NCBI GenBank assembly: GCA_030324005.1
Contig: JARDVH010000121.1
Location: 25,145,096 to 25,209,095, forward strand
Direction: 5' to 3'
DNA: 64,000 nt
DNA from: Negaprion brevirostris
Taxonomy: Eukaryota
In this document: positions 50,075 through 63,287 of the stretch, piece after piece
Numbering within the stretch: the first letter of the stretch is position 1
Layout of the letters: every line of letters starts with the position of its first letter
The notes under the pieces: generated by a model
Databases searched by the model: none
What the model was told of the DNA's origin: nothing
Seen by the model: only the letters and a program-made list of their open reading frames with translations
Position numbers and translations under genes: made by a program

Positions 50075-50385
50075 GACCATAAGAAATAGGAACAGGAGTA
50101 GGACGTTCAGCCCCTTGAGCCCGCTCCACTGTTTAATGGGATCATGGCTGATCCAACATTCCTCACGACCACTTTCCTGCCCTTTCCCCATAACCCATCA
50201 TTCCCTTACTGATCAAAAATCTAACTATCTCAGCCTTAAGTGTACCCCCACAGCTCTCTGCGACAAGGAGTTCCAAAGACTTACAGCCCTCCTCATCTCA
50301 GCATTAAATTGCTTTTCTTTTATTCTGAGATTATGCCATCTGGTCCCATACTCCTCCATGAAGGGAAACATCCTCTCAATGTTTA
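50075..50385 (-). mobile_element. CR1 LINE 3' end
   Basis: ccataagaaataggaacaggagtagg...gatcatggctgatc...gagttccaaagact. Confidence 0.78.
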
Positions 50386-51662
50386 TGGCGTAATCGGTGA
50401 CACACTGGAGTAAATTTTAAAATCATTAGTATGGAGATTACTATTATTATTAAAGTATTATTAAAATGGAGAGATCCCACCAAAGAGGATTAAAGCCGAC
50501 TTAAAGCCATTAATGGGGATCAGGCATGATGACTTTGCTGGTGGGGGCAGAAGACATTGAGGCCTCCCTGGGAGGTCAGGGGCAGAGGGAATGTCCCTGG
50601 GGCAGTGCCAGCCTGGCAATGCCAGCCAGGCACCCTGGCACTTCCCACTGGGCACTGTGCAGTGTCAAGGGGATGGAGCCTGAGGGGGCAGGTTGATTAG
50701 TGGTGGTGGTGTTGGAGGAAACGGCTGTGCACTCTGTATTAGGGAGCAGTGGCGGAGGAAGGAAAGGGGTGATCAGGGCTGGCCATCGGGAGGGGGTTGG
50801 CGCATTGCATGAGGGGGATGTTGGGGAACGCGGCGATTGNNNNNNNNNNNNNNNNNNNNNNNNNNNNNNNNNNNNNNNNNNNNNNNNNNNNNNNNNNNNN
50901 NNNNNNNNNNNNNNNNNNNNNNNNNNNNNNNNNNNNNNNAAGGCTGTGAACAAGTCTGCTCCATGCTGCACTGCATTCTTACAGTCATGCCTCAATAGTC
51001 CTCGCAGTCCCTTGGAAGGCAGGTTTCTGGATTATTGAGGATAGTTGGTAGACCTTGTTTGAGCATAGGTATCCACAACTATGATGGCAACAATCTGACC
51101 TTGCATCAGGCTGAGATTCCACGGTGGCACCCAAATCTGGGGTGATTTCTCCTGGTACTGTGATGGAAGATGAGACATCACATCAGATGCTGCATTGTGG
51201 ATGAATTTTCTCATGATGCTGGCCACTACTTTCACACTAGAGACTAACTTGGGCTCCCTGAGTCATGCAGCCACTTAAAAGCAGGTTTGACACAGGGCTG
51301 CATGCCACAATCATTTAAATGAGTGGACGGCATGAGGTGGGCAAGGTGTCTGAATTGGAAGCAACATGTGCAGGTTAAAGATGCATCATGAACCAAGAGC
51401 CCATTTTCAAGAGCTGTACAATTTTGAACCTAAGCAATCAGAAGCATTGAAATTGGGCCAGATGATAGTTTGTGGATTTTTTAAAATCCCAATTCTGATT
51501 AATTTTGTTTGAAAATCTATTTGGAATTCATTTTGGAGGAGGACGAGTTCTGATTCTCTTGCATGATGGTGCTAAATTATGATCAGATTTGTGTAGCGGA
51601 CGGCATGCAAAGTAATTTTAACCTAACATTTGGGAGAAAGGCAATGGGCGGGATCATCTGTG

Positions 51663-51694
<32 letters not shown>

Positions 51695-51713
51695 CTCTCT
51701 CTCTCTCTCTCTC
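51663..51713. repeat. Compound microsatellite (CA)n(CT)n
   Basis: Seen directly in the sequence. Confidence 0.95.
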
Positions 51714-54171
51714 AAACTCACACTCCCTCTCACACAGTCACACCCTCACTCTCACACTCTGTGGCATTGGCTGGTTCTGGGATCTTCCCATCTTGTTGCT
51801 GTCAGTGGGATTTCCTGTTTTTTGCACCCTTCACTGCCAGGATCCCCTTGGCAGGGGGTTGCAGTCGGCAGGACTGGAAAATCTCACTATCAGGAACGGC
51901 TATACAATTTTGTCCAGGTTTTATTCTGCCTATTTGTTGGAGTAACATAGTTCAGATCCCACATGAAAAGACATATTCTAATGAACTCAACCTTTCAATT
52001 AAAATTTCTGTGTTATCTCCTCATCTATAGCTATAATGATGCAAACATGAACAGCTCAGTCTGCTTCATAGATCACAAATAGGATTTATTGTGTTCTCCA
52101 TAACATGTTTTGCAGCAGAGGAGGCTGCTCACCATCAACCAGTGATGGGATCTTCTGATCCCACTACTGTAAACAGGGTTTCCTGTTATTTGCACCCCAA
52201 CTGCTGGAGAACTAGCGGCAGTGGGACTGGAAGATATCACTGGTAGGAATGGCTGGAATATTGCCCTATGGTCGACTGGGAAAGATGGAGCCATTCCACA
52301 TGGCACACATTCTAAGCAGATCCCTGTTTGGAAAATGGCTGTGGATTATATTGTTTATATTGTGAGCTGTTTTCCCTCTGGATTCCAGGCGATCTGTAAT
52401 TATTGTTGATAACATAATTGCATTTAACTTGTAAATATTCATTGCAATTGGGTAATGTACATGGTGGAAGAAACATTTATTAAATTGGAATTCAATAAAT
52501 AAACTGACAGGATTCTGTTGTTTTAAAGAAAACCCTCAAATATGTTCTAATAGAAATTTGGATAACAGGAACATATTTAAGTGCTTTTTGCTTTTAACTG
52601 AATATACCTCATGAAGGTACAAGAGTCATCACCACTTCACCCTAAATGATGAGGCCTAAGGTCTCTGGGTGCTTTCATGTGAGTTGGGCCTGAAATTGGA
52701 TACTAGGTTAATTTGTCCTGCTAACCACAGGGACAATCAAGAAGTGTCAGCATTGGAACACGACAGAGGAACATGAACTGTGCCCCCCATGGTCTGCTGC
52801 AATGCGCTTGCACTTCCTCGCCCAGAGCTCAAAATCAGAGCAACTTTACAGAAACAGGGTTAAACTTTCCAAGCTCCCATACTGCCTGAGCCTTGTTTGC
52901 AGCAGGCATTGGCTTGCTATGGCTTCCTGATGGTCTGTAACCTCAAAATACAAACTACAGTGACTAAATATACCCTCAATCAATACAAAAGCTTATTGTT
53001 TCAATTAACACAATTCAATTTTCAATTAATACAAGTCATCTAAAATTCTTAACAGAAATATCTGAATGAGTACTATAAGCAATTAGTAATTTTCAACTCG
53101 TGCAAAATAACCAGAAGTCTAACAAAATTTGAAATGTTTGATTACCAGATTGTAAAAGTGATGGAGTTATGAAAAACATAATTTGTTTTTTTTCCCTAGT
53201 TTTCCCTAGTATCTGATTAATAACTGAGGTAAAAACAGTATTTGAATCTGAGGAATGCACTTTAAATTTTACCAAGTTTAATTTTTGAATAAAGAAATAG
53301 CTCCAGACTCTGAAGGTTTTGCTCCAAATAAGTCCTGACATGTTCGAGGCCAGAACATTCCTGTCAAACAAACCAACAGATTCATCATTAAAAGCTGAAA
53401 GAGTTCAGGGAGTGAAAATTGTTTTGATAATGCAACATTTCAAGATGTTTAGTACTCCCATTCATCTGTTATTGCTGTGAATAAGTCTGGCTCACTTTTT
53501 AAAGCAAAGAAGCGATGAAAGATATTAAGAGCAGTAAAATATGATATGAAAATGAAGGGAAACTGTATCCTCCATCTAATTTACAGTGAGCATGTTGTTA
53601 AAGTCAATGAAAATTAAATAGCCGATATTTCATAGTTTAGCATCCTGGAACAAAAGATTATTTGGCAAGCTCTGCTGATAGTTTGTTAAATCTCAGTGTA
53701 AGGTGGAGGTTATGTCTTAGGAGTATGAATACTGTTACATCCATGTGAAGGAGGAGTGAAATGATTATTCTCCCATTCCAGGTTTGATTGTAAAGTATTT
53801 AGTAGGATATTTAGTGAGGGTGTACTTCACCATGTCTGTAAGATTGCTACAATTTATTCTTAAGGGTGTAAAAAAAAGTCAGACAGGTTTTCTTAGGTTA
53901 AACAAAGAACAAGGTAAATTTATTGAAACTATTTCCTGAACTAAAAAAAAAGATAAATCACAATCACATTTCACACATTTGTCTGGACCCACATTCATCA
54001 GTATAGAGTAACAAGATAGGCTTACAGGAATTTTTGCAGCTCATGAAAGATGAAGCATATGAACACAGGTANNNNNNNNNNNNNNNNNNNNNNNNNNNNN
54101 NNNNNNNNNNNNNNNNNNNNNNNNNNNNNNNNNNNNNNNNNNNNNNNNNNNNNNNNNNNNNNNNNNNNNNN

Positions 54172-54370
54172 TCCTCCCACAGTCCAAAGATGTGCGGGTT
54201 AGGTTGACTGGCCATGCTAAGAAATTGCCCCTTAGTGTCCAGGGATGTATAGGTTAGAGGGATTAGTGGGCACAATATGTAGGGATATGGGATAGGGCCT
54301 GGGTGGGATTGTGCTTGGTGCAGACTCGATGGGCCGAAGGGCCTCTTGCTGCACTGTAGGATTCTATGAT
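54172..54370 (+). mobile_element. HE1-like SINE 3' part after gap
   Basis: tcctcccacagtccaaagatgtgcgggttagg...ctgcactgtaggattctatga. Confidence 0.82.
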
Positions 54371-56282
54371 AGATTTGTCTTCTCAGGATGGTTACTTTGC
54401 AAATTGGGCACAGCATCTCTGAAAGAGACAGGTAGACAGGCAGAAAGCATTCACAGCCTCAAGCAACCTGGGTTCAGTCAGCATTGTCTGTTGTTTATCT
54501 CTCTTTTGTTTGGTAAGGGTCCTTGAAGCTCCTTGTTGGATGTATATTCCAAAGAAATTCTATTAGTTCATACCTGCTGCAATTATTGTTTCAGAATAGC
54601 TAATTGCATTTTGATATCTCACCTCAGAAACACTTAAAATGTCTCAGGATGGTGTGAATCAACAAAAAGTCTTCCATGTCTCCCAGGAAGTTTAGTAAAC
54701 TTGTGTGTATTGCAGCATGTAGGGCGGTTTTGTTATTGTCTGCAAAAGGTTCCTTTTGTTTTAAAGTCCAGCCAGAAAAAGATAAAATCAAAAATTGTAT
54801 AATCAAAAAGCACATCCGTGTAAAAATATTTAAAATGATGCAATGCAACCATCAACCATATTGCACTGTCAGCCCAGTTCTTTGAACGTAGAAGTGACAG
54901 ATAATGGTGCTATGTAACTCAATCCCCTTTATTTACTTTTCATCTTGATCGTGGCAGTTTCAGTTCAATTATGGCACAAGCTGATTGCAAGGAAAGTGCA
55001 CTCACACATTGTGTTAACAAAATGCTTCCACTGCGTGTAAATAACCCTCATTGCAGCCTACTATTTCCTTTTCTTAGCTCTATATTGTGACCACTTTAAC
55101 TGTTCCTGTCAAATTTGAGCCTGACTCGAAATTAACTTTCCTTTTGTGCTGCGGAAGCCTGACCTGATTGAGTCCCAAATCATGATTAAGATTGATCTGA
55201 ACTAGTTTTAGTATTATAATCCTTAATGTCTATCAGAGGAAAAAAAATGTTTAGTTCCAAAGTGACCAACCTATAGATTTATTACCGCCTCTACCATTTG
55301 CCCTGTTTCTTTGTGAACGAGAGGTGGGTGTGTTTGAAAAGCTCTGGCCTGTGACCAGAGGAATGTTGAATGCAGACATTGTTAGTGGGATAAACAGCTG
55401 GTTACTTGGAACTGAATTTCGGCACTGTTCCTACCCAACAGGAGNNNNNNNNNNNNNNNNNNNNNNNNNNNNNNNNNNNNNNNNNNNNNNNNNNNNNNNN
55501 NNNNNNNNNNNNNNNNNNNNNNNNNNNNNNNNNNNNNNNNNNNNNNNNNNNNNNNNNNNNNNNNNNNNNNNNNNNNNNNNNNNNNNNNNNNNNNNNNNNN
55601 NNNNNNNNNNNNNNNNNGAAGTCTGCCAAACGTTCAAAAATAGAGAACTGAAAAGTATTGCTCTAAATGATTCTTCAGTCTTCCTAGTAATTCTCATTGA
55701 CTGAATGTTAGTTCTGCATTTTTCCCGAAGGAAGTGAACATATTACAGCTTGTGAACAGTTGACATTTGCCTAAATCCCATAGATTAGCAGAACTTTTAT
55801 AACGTGTCCAAGAGAAAGCAAGCATTGCATCTGCATGCTAATTCTGCTCACACTCTCATCTGTTTGATGCATCAAACACAGCGGGCTGCTGAACTGTGCC
55901 AGGAGCCCACATTGGCACAAACCCACCTCAATCCTTTTGGCTTTGGATGAAGGCTTCATTTATAATGTTCGTTTTCTTTTTCTTTATCAGGCGCTGATGA
56001 ATCTGCACTGTATTTCTAGAACATTCTGTTTTGTTGCCCTATTTCAGGATGCTGATCCATTGCTCTCAACCAGTCAACAGTGCTGGCCGTAAAATGAAAA
56101 TTTGGCTTTAAATCCCAACAACAACAACTTGCACATAGTGTGCCTTTAGTGTCACAAAACACCCCAAAGCACTTTGAAGCAGCATTATCAAACAGAATTT
56201 GAAACTGAGCTACATAAGGAAACAATGAGTGGGATTTTCCAGTTGTTCCCATTGACAGAACCTTTTGGTCAAGCTGATGGTG

Positions 56283-56728
56283 ATTATGAGGAGAGATTAA
56301 TAGTTTATGAGGAGAGATTAAATAGACTGAGTCTGTACTCATTGGTGTTTAGAAGGCTGAGGGGAGATCTTATTGAGACTTACAAGATAGTGAATGGGCT
56401 ACATAGGGTAGAGGTAGACAGATTCTTCCTGCTTAGAAAGGTAACCAGAACTAGAGGGCACAGCCTCAAAATAAGGGGGGAGGGCAGTTTAGAACGGAGT
56501 TGAGGAGGAACTTCTTCACTCAAAGGGTGGTGAATCTCTGGAATTCTCTGCCNNNNNNNNNNNNNNNNNNNNNNNNNNNNNNNNNNNNNNNNNNNNNNNN
56601 NNNNNNNNNNNNNNNNNNNNNNNNNNNNNNNNNNNNNNNNNNNNNNNCAGCCATGATCTTATTGAATGGCGGGGCAGGCTCGAAGGCCTAGATGGCCTAC
56701 TCCTGCTCCTATTTCTTATGTTCTTATG
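56283..56728 (+). mobile_element. CR1/HER1 LINE 3' end
   Basis: YEERLNRLSLYSL.FRRLRGDLIETYKI.NGL.RV...TRGHSLK...RRNFFTQRVVNLWNSL; tail ggcctactcctgctcctatttcttatgttcttatg. Confidence 0.88.
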
Positions 56729-58359
56729 GTGATCCCTTGCTGCGGAATTCCAGCAGAGGGTGTGAACAATGGCAAACCTCGTTGATGGTGGTAGGGCCAG
56801 ATGGACCCAGCGCTGGCCAATGGCAGGCTGCCTCCACAGTGGCAGAACGTGCCATGGGGGTGTGGAAAATCCCACCCATTAAAACAGGTTAATAAAAGTT
56901 TAGTTAAAGAGGTAAGTTTGACTAGTATGGTAGCAGAAACACATATTTTCATAGCTTCACCAAATCTACTATCCAAATGTGCTACTGAAAGTCTTAATTT
57001 GCCAGGAGACACAGATATTTGAATACAATGCCTCATGTTCCTACAGTGTAACTTGATTTGTAATTGGGAAAATGGCAGCAGATGATCGTGTTGCGCTATC
57101 AATTCTACAACGCATTTGCTTATTCAGTTTCACTATGTGTTATTTTATTGAGATTCCTCTCTTGAAATCATTTAGAATACTTCTTGTGAACACAGAGGAG
57201 GCTTATTTCAGTCAGACAACCATCGTAAACAAACTGGCCACAAATGCCACAAGTCTTTAATATTATGTGTTCCCGCTGCCAGCCTCTGTGGTTCTCTGTC
57301 CACTGTCTGATTTAAATTTGTATCCTCTTTTTCTCACGGCATGTCATTTCAGATTTGATCTTTTGTCTGGTCTTTTTGCAATTGTGAGAAAAGTGTTCAA
57401 AATGTGGAAGGCACTTTCTCTTGAAGCAAGAAGTCTGGATGCATTTAAGAGGAAGTACAAGGTACTAGTGAGGCCAAATCTGACCCCCTTGTTGAAGAAA
57501 AGATATTGCCCAGAACTCTACCACCTCATCCGCCATGGAATCAGAGCGGGCGAGGCTCTGATAACGGAAATCTCCGTTGACTTTGGGTAGGAATTTCCAG
57601 TCTCGCTCCAGTAGTGCAATGGGCCATGAAATATCAGTGTAGTGGAATTTAGTGATCTGCCCAGCTAGTCACAAGTTTGCAAGGACTCTTCTTTAAGTGA
57701 GACTGATTACATTACGGAAACCATCATTTCCATATCATAAGTGAGACTGGGACGGTATCGTTTCCTCCCCTACCCCTCCCCCCACCAGTGCCAGGAGAGG
57801 TTCCCACCAGTGGGGATCATGTATGGTTTTATCAATGGGGACCAGGTATAATCATTCTGCTGGTGGGAACAGAAGCTTTGAGCTCCCCCCCCACCCCCAC
57901 CACCACGAAAGGTTGGGGGTGGGCGATGTGCCACTTGGGCAGTGCCAACCTAGTACCCTGACAATGCTCACCAGACACTGCCAACCCGGTGGGGGGGGAG
58001 GGAGGTGAAACGTGAGGGGGTGGGGCCTACTGGGGTGATGATGGTGGGGAAAGGTCCTGCTGCGCATTCTGCATTAGAGATTGGTTGAAAAGGGAGGGAG
58101 GGTAGTGATCGGGGCTGGCGGTGATTGGAAGGGGGAGTCACGGAGGTCAGTGATTGGTGGGGGAGGGGGGATCATGGAGACCAGTGATTGGGAGGCCAGT
58201 GATGGGGGCAGCAGTGAGCACGCACCTTTGAATCCCTTTTGGCCCCCTTTGAAGCATAGAGTGAGAGAAATGCATCCCACAAAAAAAGGTGGGAAAATCT
58301 CCTGTTTTCCTGCTGTTTGAGCACTTTTTTTGTGAAACTCGTCCCGTTATTTCATTGGT

Positions 58360-58845
58360 AGCAGTTAAGACAAGGTTCACTGGGATGATCCCTGGTATGG
58401 AGGAATTGTCTTATGAAGAAAAGTTAAACAGGTTGGAATTCTCCTCCTTGGAATTTAGAAGAATGAGAGGTGATCTCATTGTAACCTGGAGGGTTCTTAA
58501 GAAGCTTGACAGGATAAATGATAAAAGGGTGTTTCCCCTTATGGGAGAGTATAGGATTGGAAGCCATAGTCTCAGAGTAAAGGAAGTCAATTTGAGACTA
58601 AGATGTGAAGGAATTTCTTCTCTTTAGAAAAAAAACTCCCTGTCACAGAGAGCAATGGGGGCAGAGTCCTTATGTATAGCTAAGGCTGAGGTAGATAGAT
58701 TTGTGATCAGGAAGGGAATCAAGAATTACAAGGAAAGGGCAGGAAACTGGGAAATGTCAGATCAGCTATGCTGCTATTAAATTGTATAGCAGCCTTGAAG
58801 GGCTGAATGGCCTCCTTGTGTTCCTATTTCTTATTGTTTTATGGT
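58360..58845 (+). mobile_element. CR1/HER1 LINE 3' end
   Basis: RFTGMIPGMEELSYEEKLNRLEFSSLEFRRMRGDLI; tail gaatggcctcct.gtgttcctatttcttat. Confidence 0.85.
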
Positions 58846-60412
58846 CATTATTAGGGTGAAAGGAATAGCAAGATATGTTGGTTGATTTAGATAAAATTAA
58901 CAGGAGAAGGTTTATGTGAAACAAAACTGGCAATGTAGACTAATTGGACCACAAGGCCTGTTTCTGTGCTGTATATTCAATGTAAATCTACGTACAAGAG
59001 ACCTATTGCATCACATTCTAAACGTAGCTATTGCCATACATCCCTTAATGCTCTGCTCTCTTGGGTGAAGATCAATCCTCATGACTTCATTGTTCTCTTC
59101 CATTGGCATTGAATGCTGGAACATGAGGAATTTGATAGTTGCAGCGTCAGGGTGACTTGCGATCCTCTTAAAAATGCACAGCAGATCCCAATTCTGGGAT
59201 TCCCGACTCTATTCACAGAGTTTCCGATTTTCGAGAGCGCCTTTCAAAGATGTGGGCTGATTTGGGTGGTGAACCTGCAGCCTATATTGCCAACCTGGCC
59301 AGCTGCGTTGCATTGATAGGCAAGTCCTGGTCACTGCCAAGGCGTCAGACCAGTTGTTTTTAAAGAATCATGGTTCACGATACCCTAGGGATGCTGTAAT
59401 CTATAGTCTTCTGGAGTAAACTGTTTAAAGAACAACTTCAAAGGGTTTCATCATGCCCCCATGTGAAAGTATGCCTGCTCTCCACCCCCAATGACCCACA
59501 TGTCTCCTATGCCAAGCTATAGCACATCCATGCCCATTAAGCCCCTAACACTATATAGAAGCAATGATCCCATAGTGTTAGTTGCGTGTAAAAAAAACTT
59601 TATTAAAAAAATTAATTTTTATTACAACCTTATAAAAATGCCATTCATCCAGAACTTTTAAAGTATAAATAGCTGAAACTGCATGCACTTGAGATGTCTT
59701 TATCTTGTGTAAACAAATATTGTGAAATTGACAGTATTGATCAGAGAACCCAGCTGTCAATCAAGCAATGTCTTTCCTGCGTGGGGTGGGTAAGGTAAGG
59801 GAGTTGGAGGGGTGAGGTTTGGACAAGGGAACAGGATGGATAATGGGGTAAATTGGGGGAGGGGATAGGGTGGCAACTGGGTACAAATCTAATGTTGAGT
59901 CAAGGTGAGGTCAGGTCCTGCTAGGTGTCATTGGGGAGAGTCGGGCAGTTAGAAGGGAACTGAGGGGTGGGGGAGTCAGGGAATTAGCGGAGGGATCAAG
60001 AGGTTGAGGGGAGAGTTGTGGGAAGGACATGGTGCTGGATTGTACTGTTACCCAAGAGTTACTTTAGGACCTCTGTATGAGATTTTCTGGGCAACTATTC
60101 AGGTAAGTAAGTCAGAACTGTCCAAAGTCTCTGATTGTAACTCAGAATTGGAGACTTCTTCATGGAGACCCAGGGAACAGTGGAATTACCCTTCAGAAGA
60201 TCAATGTTCCTGGCTAAGTCCCTTGGAATCATTGCATTGGGACTTCCAAGGGGCTCCATCTTGCATCTTGGGAGGTCTATCTGGTCTCTGACCATCTGAA
60301 GATTGGAAGAATGTGGTCAATATTTCATATTTCTGCTTAACCTTATTTACAGAAATACCAATGTAAAATCTTCCATGAACCATTTGGCAGCATAATGGAA
60401 TGTAATTATTTT

Positions 60413-60700
60413 GTTGATTTTGATTTGAAGTTGATTTATTTCTGTCACAGGTATTAGTAAACAGCGAAAATCATTATTCCTTGCGTGCTATACAGACAAA
60501 GCATACCGTTCATAGAGAAGGAAAGAAGAGAGTGCAGAATGTGGTGTTACAGTCATAGTTAGGGTTTAGAGAAAGGTCAACTTAATGTGGGTAGGTTCAT
60601 TCAAAAGTCTGATGGGAGCAGGGAGAAGCTGTGCGTGTGTCGGTTGGTACATGTCCTCAGACTTTTCTTTCTTTTTCCCTACCAAAGAAGGTGGGAGAAT
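60413..60700 (-). mobile_element. Rex1/Babar LINE 3' end
   Basis: Reverse complement of the 3' UTR at 350-620; runs into a gap. Confidence 0.8.
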
Positions 60701-61162
60701 NNNNNNNNNNNNNNNNNNNNNNNNNNNNNNNNNNNNNNNNNNNNNNNNNNNNNNNNNNNNNNNNNNNNNNNNNNNNNNNNNNNNNNNNNNNNNNNNNNNN
60801 NNNNNNNNNNNNNNNNNNNNNNNNNNNNNNNNNNNNNNNNNNNNNNNNNNNNNNNNNNNNNNNNNNNNNNNNNNNNNNNNNNTAGTAAGCATGTTTACTG
60901 AAACACAAAAGATAAATTAAATAAATTGTACTGAATCATTTACAGGTTTCATTGGTGGAGAATAGACAGTTTCTTAGTGAATTACATCTTTTCCAGAATT
61001 TAAGAACTTTTGAAATGTTCCTATTACCTTCTGAGAACATTAAGGAAAAGCATAATTTGACAAGCCTTCGCAAATGGTGTGAAGCTCACCATTCTTGTTA
61101 TATTGACTGGGACGGAGGGGTGGCATTGCTGATTTTGTGGTTGAGAGCTGGTTTTCACATTA

Positions 61163-61472
61163 TTCTACAGGGCAGAAGAAGACCATTCAGCCCATCGAGT
61201 CTGCACCAATCACAATCCCACCCAGACTCTATCCCCGTAACCCCACATATTTACCCTAGACCCTGACACTAAGGGGCAATTTAGCATAGCCAATCAACCT
61301 CACCCACACATCATTGGAATGTGGGAGAAAATCAGAGCACCCAGAAGAAACCTACGCAGACACAGGGAGAATGTACAAACTCCAGACAGACAGTGATCCG
61401 AGGCCAGAACTGAACCCCGGTCCCTTATGCAGAGAGGCAGCCGTGCTAACCACTGTGATACCGAGTTGCCCG
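61163..61472 (-). mobile_element. HE1-like V-SINE
   Basis: Reverse-complement head, core and type-A tail. Confidence 0.85.
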
Positions 61473-61821
61473 TGCACAGTGCTTCTGATGTAAATTTTTA
61501 AAAATTAGAAATAAAGATTGGAAAACTCGATTTATGCTCAAAACAAACCAACACTTATAACTCCTTGATAATTGGTTTGGAGTATTTTTTGACGAACTTT
61601 ACCAGTAAAACCAACACAAAGTGGTGGGAACCCTAGCCATATATTTTTGTAGCATGTTCAATTTAGGCATAGAAAAATCAGTTCAACTGAAACCAAGGAT
61701 TACAGGCATTTTTTTTTATTTTTTAGAAAGCCCAAAGCTGTAATCTTAGCTAAGAAAAGATTGTTAAATGCTTTTGTCTGTTTAATTAAGTATTGTCTAC
61801 ATTCAAGTACTGGAGCTGACA

Positions 61822-62400
61822 TATCTTGCTCCAATTATACAGGGCCTTGGTGAGGCCACACCTAGAATATTATGTGCAGTTTTGGCCTCATTATCTGACG
61901 AAGGATATTCTTGCTATTGAGGGACTGCAGAGAAGGTTTATCAGACTGAATCCTGGGATAGTGGGACTGATGTATGAGGAGAGATTAAGTCTGTTAGGGT
62001 TATATTTGCTGGAGTTCAGAAGAACGAGGGGGATCTCGTAGAAACCTACAACATTCCAACAATCTATCCTAAGTAGGATAGATTCAGGAAAGAAGTTCCC
62101 GATGATGGGAAGTCAGAACCAGAGGTCCTAGCCTAAGGAGATGTGGTAGACATTTTAGGATCGACATTAGGAGAAACTTTTTCATCCAGAGAGTGGTAAG
62201 CCTATGGAATTCGCAATCACAGAAAATAGTTGAGACTGAAACATCAAGAAGGTGTTAGGTACAGATATAAAAAGGGAAAAAGAGGGTATGGGGGAAGATG
62301 GGTGCAGTCTATTGAGTTGGATGATCGAATTGAATGGCAGAACAGGCCCAAAGGGCTAAATAGCCTACTCCTGTTGCCATTTCCTATGTTTCTATGTCTA
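61822..62400 (+). mobile_element. CR1/HER1 LINE 3' end
   Basis: LLQLYRALVRPHLEYYVQFW...DILAIEGLQRRFIRL.PG..GL.YEERL; tail gcctactcctgttgccatttcctatgtttctatg. Confidence 0.88.
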
Positions 62401-62425
62401 ATAATTAGATATACATACAATTACC

Positions 62426-62635
62426 GGCTGGAATTCTCCGGCTGCTCACGATGATGATGTTCTCTGGTTCTGCTAGTGGCACATCTCCATATTGCGTGTT
62501 TCCTGGCAGCATGAGGTGCTGTCAATAGGAAATCCCATCGATAGTGGCAATTCCAGAGGCTCCAGTCACCAGTGAATGGTGCAGTGCTTCCCCCTGCCAA
62601 GAAAAACGCTAAGGGAAGACCAAAGAATCTTACTC
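62426..62635. mobile_element. MITE (GGCTGGAATTCTC-ended family)
   Basis: The left end is the reverse complement of the 34129 end (gagaattccagcc). Related copies lie at ~51760-51890, ~52080-52267 and ~56740-56878. Confidence 0.55.
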
Positions 62636-63287
62636 AATGCTTCATTTAAACTGGAGGAACAGCACAAAGATAATTACATTATGGTACAAGAGCCCGTTCA
62701 TTCAATGATCAAGGGTTATATGCTAATGTTTTGTTTTCATTAATGCACCAAGCACTTAGAAACCTACTGGTTACATGAATAGGAAAACTTCCTGAACTTC
62801 CAGGTGTTGTTCATTTCCTTGTCATTCTCCCTATCAGTCACACTGATTTCAAAACAATAACGTCCATATCCACAAACACATATATGCCTTGAGATTAAGC
62901 TCTTTAAACATTAGCATGTGAATGTGCAAAATTCTCATGTTCTCAAGTTATGTAACTTAACCAGCCTAAGTGAACAATCATCACTGGCTATCTGAGTTTA
63001 AAATGAATAAAATCAGCCAAAAATCTCCTGCAACAGTTTCCTTATTCAGGTCGGTAGTGCAGTTGGAACCGTATTGACACTACAAAAGCCTGTAGGTTAA
63101 GATCACAGTGCACATTGGATGTCTGCATTAAGCCCCTTTTGTTTTAACAGCCCATTGACAGGCAGGATTTGTATCCTTCTTCATATTAAGAATAACTTGC
63201 TTAGGTAGCTCACAGAAAAAGTTACATGTAAGTATTTTGCTTGACTAAGTTTCCTATTAATGCAGCTTGCATGTTCTTTCCCCTCAG

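Larger units (their letters stand above)
35249..63287 (+). other. ~28 kb GT-AG phase-0 intron of the KIAA1755-like gene
   Basis: GTAAGT at 35249 and CAG at 63285-63287. Splicing joins ...QQEAC|TRYSS..., matching the family pattern EAC-xxY. Confidence 0.85.
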
